63,524 bases of DNA, filler included, from Basidiobolus ranarum (GCA_040143965.1; 4 parts of 4 records of this genome joined end to end with filler, not necessarily neighbours in it), one strand, 5' to 3'. Counted from the whole stretch's first letter, positions 41,884 through 53,465 are shown. Notes: generated from the sequence alone by a model not told the origin. Numbers and translations: made by a program.

Positions 41884-42859
41884 CTTCGAATTTAGCTGTC
41901 GGAAATCGAATGACTTAAGCACCTATTTATATTCCATTTATGAACTGGCTATTTAGAGTAAGGATCACTCTTCAATGATTTGCGAGGACTGATTTAGGGG
42001 GAGGGGCTAGCTTTCGCACCAATGAATTAGAACCGCATGTTTCATCAGATCCTATAGGTCACTTGAGTTGTAAGGGTGGCTATTGTATCTACGAAAATAA
42101 GCCGGGATATTTAAGTAGGCAACTAGGATTTAACAGAGAACTTTGGAGGCGAACATTGACTCAGTCGATATCCAATCTAAATTACTACTGGATAGAGCCA
42201 CTCCAATTAGTGATCGTTGGCTCTTAAATCGCTGCAGTGGTGGTGGGTGATTTTGTTTGAATGGCAGTCATACGATAAAGTACAAAACGCCGCTTAATAT
42301 TAGTCATAGCTAAAAAGAATTACCCAGCACTTCAAGAATACTATATGTTGAGAATCCACTTTGAAGTCACTATCCCTAACCCATGACGGATTACTCATTG
42401 CAGCAAGTTAGGACCTCCAACTGGAAGAATCACCCGTTTGTATCAGTGAGGATAAACAGACAAAATAAGAAATCACTTGATTCTGTGCTCCATATGAGTA
42501 GCATACGCGTTTCCAGCACTGGCTAGCAGTGCATAGGATCTTAACGATGGTTACGAGAATCTCTGTTCCAATGATGACCCTTCTATTTAATCAAAAAAGT
42601 CCCATATTGATGACTAAATTGACCCACCCCTAAGTCATCGATGTGGCTTATTTAATACGCAAAATGAGCCTCATTACTTCCGAAATACTCCAATGTCACC
42701 AATAAATTTAATGAAATATAGAAATCTAAAACGAGATTCATTTTCACTTAAACCTTAACTTTTTAATTATACAAATTGGACAAACGAGGGGCGGGAATAT
42801 TACATACACTGACAAAGAATACATGGATGATGAGGAAATAAATCTTCGCAACATATACT

Positions 42860-43306
42860 TTACAGATCACAAATGGTGTAATTGCCATTGGGATCGGCAA
42901 TCAATTGGAAAGAATCAGTCTGAATGTAACAGTTACTGTCTCTGTCGGGAGTGCTTGCATACACTCCTAGAAAATATTCACCCTCTCGTTGTAAACAGAG
43001 AGGGACGGTGAGTGTAAAGGATAATTCATTCTCGCTAGCACTTACACCGGGATAACTACGATACTGGGTGTGGAGAAACTCTTCATTCTTAGAACTGAAA
43101 AGACCGATATCTCCGATGTATTGAATTTGAGAATTAGTGGTATTCCATTTAAGAGTGACTTGGTCATTAGCAACAAATGTTTGCTTAGGGTTCGAGGTGT
43201 GTTGAAGAGGTGATATGGTCCAATCTCCGCATACTTTAGATCCAGAAGGTGCAGAAGATGCTTGAGCGGCAAGAGTGGCCAAAAGACATGCGAAGAAGGC
43301 TTTCAT
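42860..43306 (-). CDS. Small secreted protein (148 aa), probable beta-sandwich (Kre9/Knh1 N-terminal-like)
   Basis: Signal peptide MKAFFACLLATLAAQASS; ISP..F..ND.VTLKW and Y.L..SDSF-like pattern; 4 Cys in the mature part; TATATAA upstream. Confidence 0.75.
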   Translation of the reverse strand: MKAFFACLLATLAAQASSAPSGSKVCGDWTISPLQHTSNPKQTFVANDQVTLKWNTTNSQIQYIGDIGLFSSKNEEFLHTQYRSYPGVSASENELSFTLTVPLCLQREGEYFLGVYASTPDRDSNCYIQTDSFQLIADPNGNYTICDL

Positions 43307-46300
43307 CTTTAAAAATATATTTGAGAATTTGAGTAGTGATCATTCATGTACCCGCAGAGCACTTATATACATTTCCATGGAACTGAAAGACAGCTTTATC
43401 ATAATGTCTCATCCAAGTGGCTTGACTGGCAATCTATAATCGGAAGGACTTGGATCAAAAAGATTGTTTTCGAATGGTTCACGCAGTTGGAACAGTTCGC
43501 AATCGCTACGTGATGAGCAACGCGTAGAGATTCCACGCTTTATTACCCACCTAATTAGCTATGAATTTCTTTATCTGGCTTTCAGAGTAAAAACAAATTC
43601 TCGGTCTATTTATGGAATGGATGTTGGATTGATTGAGATACCATTCAAGATGAGTGGAAAACCTTATCTGCGCATGGTGCTCAACAGTAACTGTGCTATG
43701 GGCTTGTGAAGCCGTCCTTAAGCTTCGAAACGTTACATTTAACTTGCGCACTCACTAGACGAATATCGAATGTCTCTGATATGTCTGCTCTTTCTTGCTA
43801 ATATGTGTGGCTATATTGGCACTGAAAATAGAGTAAGTGTTGTAACTGCCTGCAGTCCTGGCAGAAATTTACTTTGCTCCCTGGTCAATAGCGCCAAGAA
43901 ATCGTCGATAGTAACTGTCACGATAACCAAATCCACACTTAAATCAATCGGGTAATTGTTATGATGTCGCGTCCAGTATGGATCGCGAAATTGGGAATGG
44001 TTTCAGATCAAATAGGAAATCACCTTGTCCATAGTAGATGACAATAGCGAGGTGTTATAACTTTAATCCTGCCTGGGACCCCAATAATGGATCTGCCCAG
44101 CATAAGAATAATTTCGAGTAGAAGTGTGGCATGAGATGTTTACGTGAAACTAGGCCAGTATGGAGCCTCTCAAACGTCAGTTCATAAAGGGAAGTTCCTG
44201 ACTTGATTGTTTACCAAGCGTTGGACATAACAGTACTTTCGATCGGGACTGAAAATGTAGATAGATCATAAATAGATGTGCAGTACCTGAGCTAGGTGTG
44301 CTCTTTACAGTGTACGCAACGTTATATTCAGTCGATTATATTCGTACTTGTTTTGATTCACAAATGTTGGACTCAATGATACATTCAGTTAGTCTTACTT
44401 GCTAAACCAATGGCGATACATTTGCTAACTCGTGGGATAGGAGCGGTGTGGCAACTTTGTTACTATCCAAACTTTCCAGAGTCCTTCCCAATAAAAAGTG
44501 ACGTACAAAATACCTTCGTTGGTTTTTTGAGGCAATCAACCTGAGATTTACTATAAAGTGAGTTGCTACTTATTAACAAAATTTATTTAAGTTGGTTGAG
44601 AAAACCTGTACAAATTCGTACAAACTCAGTTAGCTTTAGCCATTTGTGCAATATTTAAATATAGTATACTACGGTAATAGGACGCAAACTCATATCTGTA
44701 TCAGTATCCGAGACCGTATCCGTATTACGTGTGTAGATACTGGGGTTAGACTCAAATTACGTGGGTGTAGAATTATACGTGTTGATGAAAATAAGTAGAA
44801 AATACATATCTTGTTTAATTTCTTCGATTTTTTTCATTTGTTGCTGCATTTCAACTAGCTCTAGTCTAGATTACGCGATTATAATTGAAGTTATAAATAA
44901 ACTAGTATGAGGGTTTAGGAAAATCCGGATAATTTAATTCCGAGTATCTTCCAATATCAAACGATCGCAGAAGTCTTAAAAATATGACATTTCAATAATT
45001 CTATACCCAAATGGGGTAAAATTAGACCAGTCAAAATCTGTCTATCTAATCAATGATCTCACTATGCAAATCGACCTAGCTGCTACTTTCAGTGACACTT
45101 CGACAGGGGATCGCTTATCAATCAGGGGAGTTCACACCCTTGCAGATATGTTCACTCGGTCAACTGATACACTCTTTGAAGTCCAATAACCCCACTGAAA
45201 AATACCACGTACTTCATACTGCTTATCCATATATAACCAAATATTTTATGATATCGTAAATTTCAATCTTGATTACCACTCTACCTTTATGTCAAGTTGT
45301 GATAACACTGTGAAGCTAAATCAGACATAGGACCTGTCATTAATATATACTTATCAAGATAAATCGCACTTACAGTTTCCTTTTTATCAATATATGACTT
45401 TACAAAGTAACTGGATAATGCGTCTGTATGTGTTAACAAACTGATTACAAGGAAAGTACAATAGTAACGGGTGTACTTGATTGGATGTATGTGTTTAAAG
45501 TGTTTATATATATATATGTAAAGTATTGTACATATTTACAGAGTAGAGATTTTCATTATTGTATTGCAGTCGACATTAAGTAGCTCTCGAACAGATCCTT
45601 CTATAAAGTGTGAATTAGTACAGGATACTAAGAAAATGGTTGTTACTTATACATAATTTGGTCAGAAATTTTTACTCCACAAGGACAAATTAATGTTCCA
45701 ATTCGGAAGAACGAAAGTTATATATATATATCTCATCATAAACCAAATTAATGCACAGCAAAGATATGGTAAAGTACGTACCATTAAGTTATTAGATATA
45801 TACATCCTTAAGATCCTACGTTAAGGTGTCCAAGCAGTATGGGTTAAGATACTTGTGTTTGTACAGAGCATAATCAAGTTGACAAGGCTTTCGAGACTGT
45901 CGGTCAATATTAGCAGAAGGTAGCAACTAGGCGATATCCGAATGACATTATCAGCTTACTGGCATGAAATCATAGCGTACTATGATGGAAGGTTGAGTAC
46001 TTGAGAGAATTGGATGGGTTCTTATACATTCATTTATGAGCACAAAATTCTGAATTTGCTTATTCTTTTTTTCATAAGTCAAAATATTTTTCTTCAGTGT
46101 AGAGACCAATCACATACCATGCTCTTAGCACCCATGTAGCAAATCCTGGAATGAACAAAAAATTTCCAGAATTGGGAACAATAACGTTGTACACAGTCTT
46201 GGTTCCACCCCTGTAATGTATGAAAAGCTATGGGTTGCGGAAGAGATTAAGCAAAACGATCAAACAGAAGCGCGGCATAAGTTAGAGAGTTTCCATAGGC

Positions 46301-46900
46301 GTGAGGTTAAGCTAATGTGAAGTTTCTATGAAGTAAAGCTCGTATTAAATGAGAATTCTTAATGCAATGGTGTGAAATCATAGAATTTGTGCTTTGGCTT
46401 TTTCTTTGTAAATAGATTGAGTCGTAGAATATTCGAATTGGTCAAGATAGCGCGATTAATAATTCATATTATATATGCATCAGTGGTTAATACTTGTTCA
46501 AAGTTGTTAAAAAGCTGAATATTCTCCTATGTATTCCACGATCATAAAATATAAACTATCAAGTAGTTTGTTGCATAATGCCAGACTATAAAGCAATGTA
46601 ATGTAGGATCTTTAAATTACATATATCTGTTTAGTTATGCAATATTCTTAAGAAGCGGTATATGTTTCAGCATGTTACATTTGTTGAATGTTTTTATTTA
46701 CATAAATTTTTATCCCCGTCTTATGTCGGACATTACGTACTACAGTTAGCTAAAAAAACTATACTCCAATTTCATCGAATTCAAAATTGGAGCATTTAAT
46801 CAGGACAAAAATGAACAGTAACTCTTGCCCAGATGAATACTCATTTGAATCTTTTCACCATTTTTGTTGGCTTTATCTTCATTTATGTACACCTAATTAT

Positions 46901-47578
46901 TGTTGAAATTAACATTACCTAAACACCTTTATACTCATATATAGATTAGTACTTGGTTATCTTATACTGCACCAAGATATTACTCATTATTCTCAATCAG
47001 AATTTACCTAGAAAATATTGACACCAACATAGAAGTTCTCAGATATATAGATTTTTCAAACTTGTGCTAGAAGCCCCAAACTTTGCACACATGTTTCTGG
47101 AACTTTCCTAAACATATTCTACACGTTAGATTGCCTAAATATTGACAAAAGTATCAATGTCAACTGAAGAATCAATAAATTGTTAAAGTATTTGGGAGCC
47201 TGTTGGAAGTGGTTTGGGGAATTAGAGATATTGGTGGTGTTCACTTATTGACTTATTGAGTAGAAATTTGGCATTTATAGTTTTGTCAAGATATAAACAA
47301 ACCAACAAATAGAATGTGTTAAGAAAAGTTCCAGTAACATGTGTGAAAGGTTTGTGGCTTCTAGCACAGGTTTGAAAAATCTCCATATCTGAGAATTTCT
47401 AAGTAAATTCCGATTGAGAATAATTGGTAATATCTTAGTGAAATATAAGGTAAGGAAGTACTAAGCTATATATGACTATATAGTTGTTTAGGCAATGCTA
47501 ATTTCAGCATTAATCAGTAAGTGATATCACAAAATTCTCTATTTCTCCAAACCACTTCTAACAGGCTCCCCAATACTC
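46901..47578 (+). mobile_element. Copia LTR family A, interrupted by an inverted copy of the same LTR
   Basis: TGTTGAAATT start; 5' part 46901-47180 and 3' part 47510-47578 together align to the 59752-60098 LTR. Confidence 0.82.
47181..47509 (-). mobile_element. Solo copia LTR family A (inverted insertion), TSD TAAAT/TTAAT
   Basis: TGTTAAAG...TTTCAGCA termini; reverse complement of family A; flanks TAAAT 47176-47180 and TTAAT 47510-47514. Confidence 0.85.
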
Positions 47579-47640
47579 TGTGTATGAATTCATATATCAT
47601 GTTTAATCTGACAATAATGAGTCAAATATCATTGATATCT

Positions 47641-47740
47641 NNNNNNNNNNNNNNNNNNNNNNNNNNNNNNNNNNNNNNNNNNNNTTAATTAATTAANNNN
47701 NNNNNNNNNNNNNNNNNNNNNNNNNNNNNNNNNNNNNNNN
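47641..47740. other. Assembly gap / artificial contig spacer
   Basis: 100 nt of N with TTAATTAATTAA. Confidence 0.97.
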
Positions 47741-50480
47741 TTCAAAGGCCTTCATTCTCTGAACGATCGCTTCCAGTAAAATCCCGATCTTATCATTGTA
47801 TCCATCGATTTCTAAGGAGATACCCTCCGTTTCATTTTCTAGGGAGTAATTGATACCCGCTACTTCGGCGTCGTATGAATATTCTGTGAGTGAATCTCTC
47901 AGAAGTTCCGTGAACATTCTGGTTTTAACACAGCTGGATGGTGTATCGTAGGCCAAGGGGGTTCTGAAGAAGAACCACATGTTCACTTTGGGCACCCAGA
48001 AAGTGTCATCCTTCTTGTGCCATACTCTCGAAGTACCATTGTTGCATATAAGAGCAGGGCGCTTCAAGATCTCTTTACCCGGAACCTTATGAGTATCGAA
48101 ATCGGTAGGAATGAATGGATTTGGCTTGGGGAATTTGAGTTCTGAATTCAACGTAAGCTTACGGAGTTCCTATTTCAATAAAATCAATGAATTCAGTTAG
48201 TCTTCATTCCAAAGAGCATGCGATGATTATCACCGCCACTAACAATTTACCTCTTTAAATCCTTCGGAGAATTCCATCACTTGGTAGTTAGTTCCATACC
48301 ATTTCTCAGTCTCCATTCCCTTGGGATCAAAGCTTTGACTGATCAAAAAGATTCTAACGAAAGGAATTAGAATTCTATAATCAATACTCTAGCCTAGAAC
48401 TGCCATAAACAACGTACCTGAAGTTATCAGGGCGAAGCCATGCAAGGCATTCTTCGATACACTTGGGATCATAATCACGAATAAGGTAAGGTCCAGAAAG
48501 GACCCACTCAGCAGGATATGGTCGTTGCATAAGAGTAGCAACACGTGAAGTGTAGCTTGAGGGAGGAGTCTTTTCCTTGAATCTGAACGACATTGAAGCA
48601 AGATTCTCAACCTCACGGAAGATCCATTCTTGAACACCGACTCTCTTCATCATCTCAATATATTGAAATACAATCCTTACAATCTCATCCGTATGATCTA
48701 CAAGAGTCCGATGGTATTAGATCAACTATCAGCACATCATAAACAGCATAATGCCACTTACTCAGTCCTTCTTCAGTGAGATCCACGCTGATTTTAAAGA
48801 ACTCAAATCCGATACCGCCATGGGAGGCACCAGCCGATAGATAGTTGGCCCAGCCTTAACATAATTCCATATTAGTTCTTGGTTTCCCTTCATTACTTGT
48901 TACCAGATGCTAGTTACCTTTTTTCTTCAACAATGATAAGATCGAGCCTGCGCCCTCGTGACCAATTAAATGAGATAGATATCTGCCGGGCTGAGTAGAA
49001 TATGCGATTTAGCAACTTGCTTCAACCAAAAGCATAGATCGTCACTTACCTGAACTTTGTACATAGGATATTGGTCAGGGAAGGGGAATGCGAGCTCCAA
49101 AGTACGGATATCCTTGACAGGTCTAATCTTCACTTGTTTCTAATTCAATTGGATCTTAGTACCATTCCGAACTCAATCTTCTTACATATTTAGGTACCTG
49201 TAGCTCAAGAGGAGTCAGCGGACTTCCAGGAAACTCTGGCACTGCAATGCTTTTGTTTTGAATGGGCGAGAATTTGTTGACTACCCAATCAGTAAGCTTA
49301 TCCAGAGATTCTAGTTTGCTTGGAAATTAGATGGATGTTTACAACCAAGTCGGAGCTTAGACTAGTATTTACCTCGACCCAATACTACCAGTTTCATAAT
49401 GTTTGAAGAGTAATATTTCGCATGGAACTTCAATAGCTCCGCTCTAACATCCAATCCCTGTTCAATGGGGCCATCCCATAGTGTTTGAAGATTTCCTAAT
49501 CATTTGTAAGTAAAGGCTGAGCAACCATCTCAATATGAACTCCTCAATACCTGTTCCAAAGTGGCAATAAGGATGTTTAGGATTGGAGAGGCTTTTCTCT
49601 AGTTGGAAGATACGCCAATTATCTGATTGTAAATTCTTCTTGTTTTCTAAAGTGGTTCGTATTGGTGAATGGTTAGCTGTAGGGGACATACAAATTGTCT
49701 TTGATTGATACACTCACCGGAATCTACTGCTTTAATCTCACGCTCTGTACAGCTAGGGCTGAAGAGGGGAGAGATGAAAAATTGGGCAAACCTATTCGTG
49801 ATTAGGTGTTAGCATTACTTTCGGTATTACCCTGACTTATCAAGCGCCATATTGACTAGAAATATCTACCTATCCAAGGCCCCTTCAAAGTGTTCGTGTC
49901 TAACTTCAAAGAAATAATTGGTATTATCCAGAGAAGTAAAAGCGTTAGAATCACCACCATGTTCCGATAAATATTGATTATAATCGTTCTCCACTGGATA
50001 CTACATAACGAATGCAATTAGTGACATTTCTTGGAAGATACATAATCCACTCTCCACCAAATTCCCTACTTTTTCAGTTCCCTAAAAGTGAAGAGGAAAC
50101 CCCTGATTAATACTTGAAATGGACATGGCTTTTAAGAACGTGGTGAAAAATACCATAAATAAGAGATGTTCGCAAAAATGGGCTAAACCCTGTAGGTTCT
50201 CTGGGTCGGAAAGGTGACCAACATGAACGTCGAGTGCGGCACTACCATGATCGGTCTCTGGATCGTGAATAAGCATGGCCTTCAAGCCATTATCTAACTC
50301 GATCATACGATAAGAACGATCATCGGTATCACTCTTTTCTATTTTGTTGGCAAGAATTTTATATCCTTTGATGGCGCTAGGGGAAACATCAATATTTGAA
50401 GTGGTTGTTTCAGCAGAATTCGTTAGTTTATCTGAAGAATCGATGACCTCAGGTAGTGATATATTATGGTGTTCCGACAT
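47741..50480 (-). CDS. STE23: Insulin-degrading enzyme / Ste23 M16A metallopeptidase, partial (3' end in gap), many exons
   Basis: [46 protein letters not shown] (inverted zincin HxxEH); [28 protein letters not shown]. Confidence 0.93.
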
Positions 50481-51081
50481 GGTACTATTCAATACTATAT
50501 TCAATCAATTTAAATATAGACACAACTGGATACTATATCAAAGGGAGCTTTTCGAATATCTAGCGGAGTAAAGTTTTTATGAACGTTTGTAAAATAATTT
50601 AACCAACTAAAATAAAACCCACTCCCAGTGCATGTGTATACCTTTTCTTTTCTTCTAATAACCTGACTCTTTAATAAGCAAGACTAAAAAAATTCCGATG
50701 GATTTGGCGGGATATTTGTAATGGGGAGGGGTAGGGGTGAGGTCCCACCTTGAATCACTTCACTTATTTGCAAAAGATGACGCGGAGATCATCCCCCTTT
50801 TTCTGAATGCCAGGCTGTTCCCCCTTTTCTTAATTATTGGATTTATTGGCCTACAGTGTTCATATGATGTGATACTTGCCAAATAGAAACTGGGTATTTA
50901 TAACTGGAATGATAGGGATAACATTGGGATAATAGGAAGCATTGGCGCCTTAATAAAGATTCCAGCATTAACTACTTGTGAATTTGTATGCCATAATGAT
51001 GCGATGGTGTATCATATGGTAATACAGGCAAGGGCATTGAGTTTAACGTAATTTTCCATTCTTATCGATGGCTTAAGCGTC

Positions 51082-51170
51082 GTTTACTCTTTTAGACCAT
51101 AAATAACTTAAACTCTTTTGGAGCGTAGGTAGCTTTAACATTGTTTACTCTTTTGGAGTATAAATAACTT
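51082..51170 (+). repeat. Three imperfect ~30-bp direct repeats upstream of the phnZ-like gene
   Basis: GTTTACTCTTTTAGACCATAAATAACTT / AAACTCTTTTGGAGCGTAGGTAGCTT / GTTTACTCTTTTGGAGTATAAATAACTT. Confidence 0.7.
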
Positions 51171-51276
51171 TCCTCTGTCAATCCAGATACTGTTTTATGA
51201 TAGAGCGGGGTACAGATTTTTTGTAATACATTCTGCTTTGGTAATTCCACCGTAACACTGAGCTTACCTCATGGAA

Positions 51277-51322
51277 CACGTGCCACTGGGCATTTTCATA
51301 GCAACACTGATTCGTATAAATA
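51277..51322 (+). promoter_or_regulatory. CACGTG E-box (Pho4/NUC-1-type) plus TATA box of the phnZ-like gene
   Basis: CACGTG 51277-51282, TATAAATA 51315-51322, ATG 51367. Confidence 0.55.
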
Positions 51323-51366
51323 CATCATTAGAGCTCATTCGATACGGCAAATCATCAATCCAAAGA

Positions 51367-51993
51367 ATGACTGAGGGGAAGCACGTCCAGGTGATAAATT
51401 CTATTTTTCAATGTCTTCAAGATGGGAGTGAGCGCGGATACATCGGTGAATCCATTTCGCAACTTGATCATGCATTGCAGGCTGCCGCATCAGCCCACCA
51501 AAGTGGTGCTGATGAAGAGACCATTTTAGCTGCTTTACTACATGATATCGGTCAATTCGTAAGTTCTCCAGAATCCAAGGCTATGCTAGTTGAGGCGGCT
51601 GACCTAGCGGATGGGAAGGAACCATTTAGCGTCGGTGTTCATGGACATGAACGCATAGGTGCAGAATATCTGAGCCATTTAGGATTTTCTGAAAAAGTTA
51701 CCGCCTTGGTAGAGGCCCATGTGCCAGTAAAACGCTACTTGACTGGAAAGTATCCCGAATATTATGACACCTTGAGTGAAGCTAGTAAACTGTCATTGAA
51801 GTACCAAGGAGGGCCGTATACGTACGAGGAGATTGCGGAATTTGAGAAGCTACCCTATTACAACGAAAAGATAGCCATCAGAAAGTGGGATGATGGTGCC
51901 AAAGTGGTCGATTTGAAAGTGCCAGGATTGGAATATTATCGGCAAATGGCAATTAATCATCTTCAACAACAAGCAGCATTGAAGATAAAATAA
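51367..51993 (+). CDS. phnZ: PhnZ-like HD-domain diiron oxygenase (C-P bond cleaving), intronless
   Basis: YIGESISQLDHALQAA; AALLHDIG; HERIGA; LVEAHVPVKRYL; LSEASKLSLKYQGGP; IRKWDDGAK reproduce the PhnZ Y-x2-E, H, HD, H, H-x3-K, S, QGG and R-x2-D pattern; the TATA position favours ATG 51367 over 51271. Confidence 0.88.
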   Translation: MTEGKHVQVINSIFQCLQDGSERGYIGESISQLDHALQAAASAHQSGADEETILAALLHDIGQFVSSPESKAMLVEAADLADGKEPFSVGVHGHERIGAEYLSHLGFSEKVTALVEAHVPVKRYLTGKYPEYYDTLSEASKLSLKYQGGPYTYEEIAEFEKLPYYNEKIAIRKWDDGAKVVDLKVPGLEYYRQMAINHLQQQAALKIK

Positions 51994-52178
51994 AAAATCT
52001 CATCTAACTGGGTACTGACTGGATAATACAAGAAATCTCGTGGCATGACTGCTAAATTTAGTAGATTCATAGCACAATTGTTCGCCAAAATAGATGTCCA
52101 TTTATTTATGTCATCCACAATGAGCAAGCATTATAAAAATAAAAAGCTTTCTTTGAAGTAGCTTTGATATGTATTATA

Positions 52179-52982
52179 TTAATCGACGATAGGGTTGGCA
52201 AGATTGTATATCTTTCCACCTTGCGAGTAATCCTTACCAGCCTCACGCTCGTTGGCTGGTGGGAATACTCGTCTTTTCTCATCATAGTAAGTGTCTCGAA
52301 GGTCTCCTTCGCGTGCTGCGTTGTAAGTGAGGTAGACTGCTGTACGATTGTGCTTTGTGTTGTTAGGTCCTGATTTATGTGGTAAGTAAGCTCCAAATAC
52401 TAACAGGTCACGTGGGCCACAGGTTAGCGCCACCCATTCCTCTCCTTTACACCATTCGCGTGAGATAGTGCCATCTTCCTCTTGTGGAAGTACTCCACGG
52501 TTGTGTCTCTTAGGAACTGCCCACAGGCATCCATTCTCAATCGTGAATTGGTCCACTCCAAACATCACAGTGATGTGCGATGATTGTCCAAACTGAGTGA
52601 AAGCTGGGGCATCCTGGTGGGCGGGAAAGCCACCACCACCTGGCATCTTAAAATTGATCTTTTCTTTGAACAACACTACAGGCTCCCCAGTCAGAGTCTC
52701 AAGAGTTGTCATCACCTTCTCACCAAGAACGAGGTTACGAAGAGTTTCCTGGTATGGGGTGAAGTTTTCTATACGACACAGCTGACGGGCTCCAGTTTCC
52801 ACATTATTCTCATAGTATCGCATCCACTTCCCTTTAGTCTCTGGCCAGTCCATGACTTCTTGGACGGAGCCAGCTACTTGGTCAGCTTCTTCTTGGGTGA
52901 GAAAATTCTCTAAGATGATGTATCCTTCGTCATTATAGAATGCCTTTTGCTCGGCAGTAACGAAGTCGGTCTTAGTGGCCAT
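52179..52982 (-). CDS. phnY: PhnY*-like Fe(II)/2-oxoglutarate dioxygenase (PhyH family), putative aminoethylphosphonate hydroxylase, intronless
   Basis: FYNDEGY; CRIENF; LFKEKINFKMPGGGGFPAHQD (HxD); ENGCL; PHKSGPN (distal His); RTAVYLTYN (2OG Arg); YYDEKRRVFPP; adjacent to phnZ. Confidence 0.82.
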   Translation of the reverse strand: MATKTDFVTAEQKAFYNDEGYIILENFLTQEEADQVAGSVQEVMDWPETKGKWMRYYENNVETGARQLCRIENFTPYQETLRNLVLGEKVMTTLETLTGEPVVLFKEKINFKMPGGGGFPAHQDAPAFTQFGQSSHITVMFGVDQFTIENGCLWAVPKRHNRGVLPQEEDGTISREWCKGEEWVALTCGPRDLLVFGAYLPHKSGPNNTKHNRTAVYLTYNAAREGDLRDTYYDEKRRVFPPANEREAGKDYSQGGKIYNLANPIVD

Positions 52983-53030
52983 TGTAAAGCAGATAATTGT
53001 GTAATTAGTAGTCAAGATGACACTATTTAT

Positions 53031-53060
53031 TCTTTTATACCAAGAAATTACCCACACGTT
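53031..53060 (-). promoter_or_regulatory. TATA box and CACGTT E-box upstream of the phnY-like gene
   Basis: TATAAAA on the minus strand at 53033-53039; CACGTT 53055-53060; a further CACGTG at 53300-53305. Confidence 0.45.
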
Positions 53061-53465
53061 TCAAAAGCCTTATGTCAACGTAAGATGATGTTTGGTGCAG
53101 TGAGGTTGTAGAATGACTCATCAAGCCAATGATTAAAGCAGAATGGTTCATTCTTAGGGCTCATTCGGTTCCACATATATTGTCAATGAAAGAATAAATT
53201 TTAATTCAATAAAAACCAAGTCTGTGTACGGTATATTACAAACAGGCGTCATAAGTACTGACAATCAAGTGATGATGATGAATAAAACCAGGAGTGATTC
53301 ACGTGACACGAAGTATAGTGAAACTGGTAAGTTGCACAGTATTATAGGGATTTGGTGCGCTATATTCTACATTTAGAAAATAAGAGAACTATTATCAGAG
53401 AGTTAATTATATGTAACAGGCAGGTGGTAAGTTTATTTACAAACGTTAAGAAAATACAACCTTAA

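Noticed and set aside
51271-51366. Longer N-terminus for the phnZ-like gene from ATG 51271
   Set aside because: This segment contains the E-box and TATA box; family similarity starts after ATG 51367
51367-52982. Bacterial contamination as the origin of phnY/phnZ
   Set aside because: Same contig as intron-rich STE23 and copia LTRs; TATA promoters; convergent, non-operonic layout
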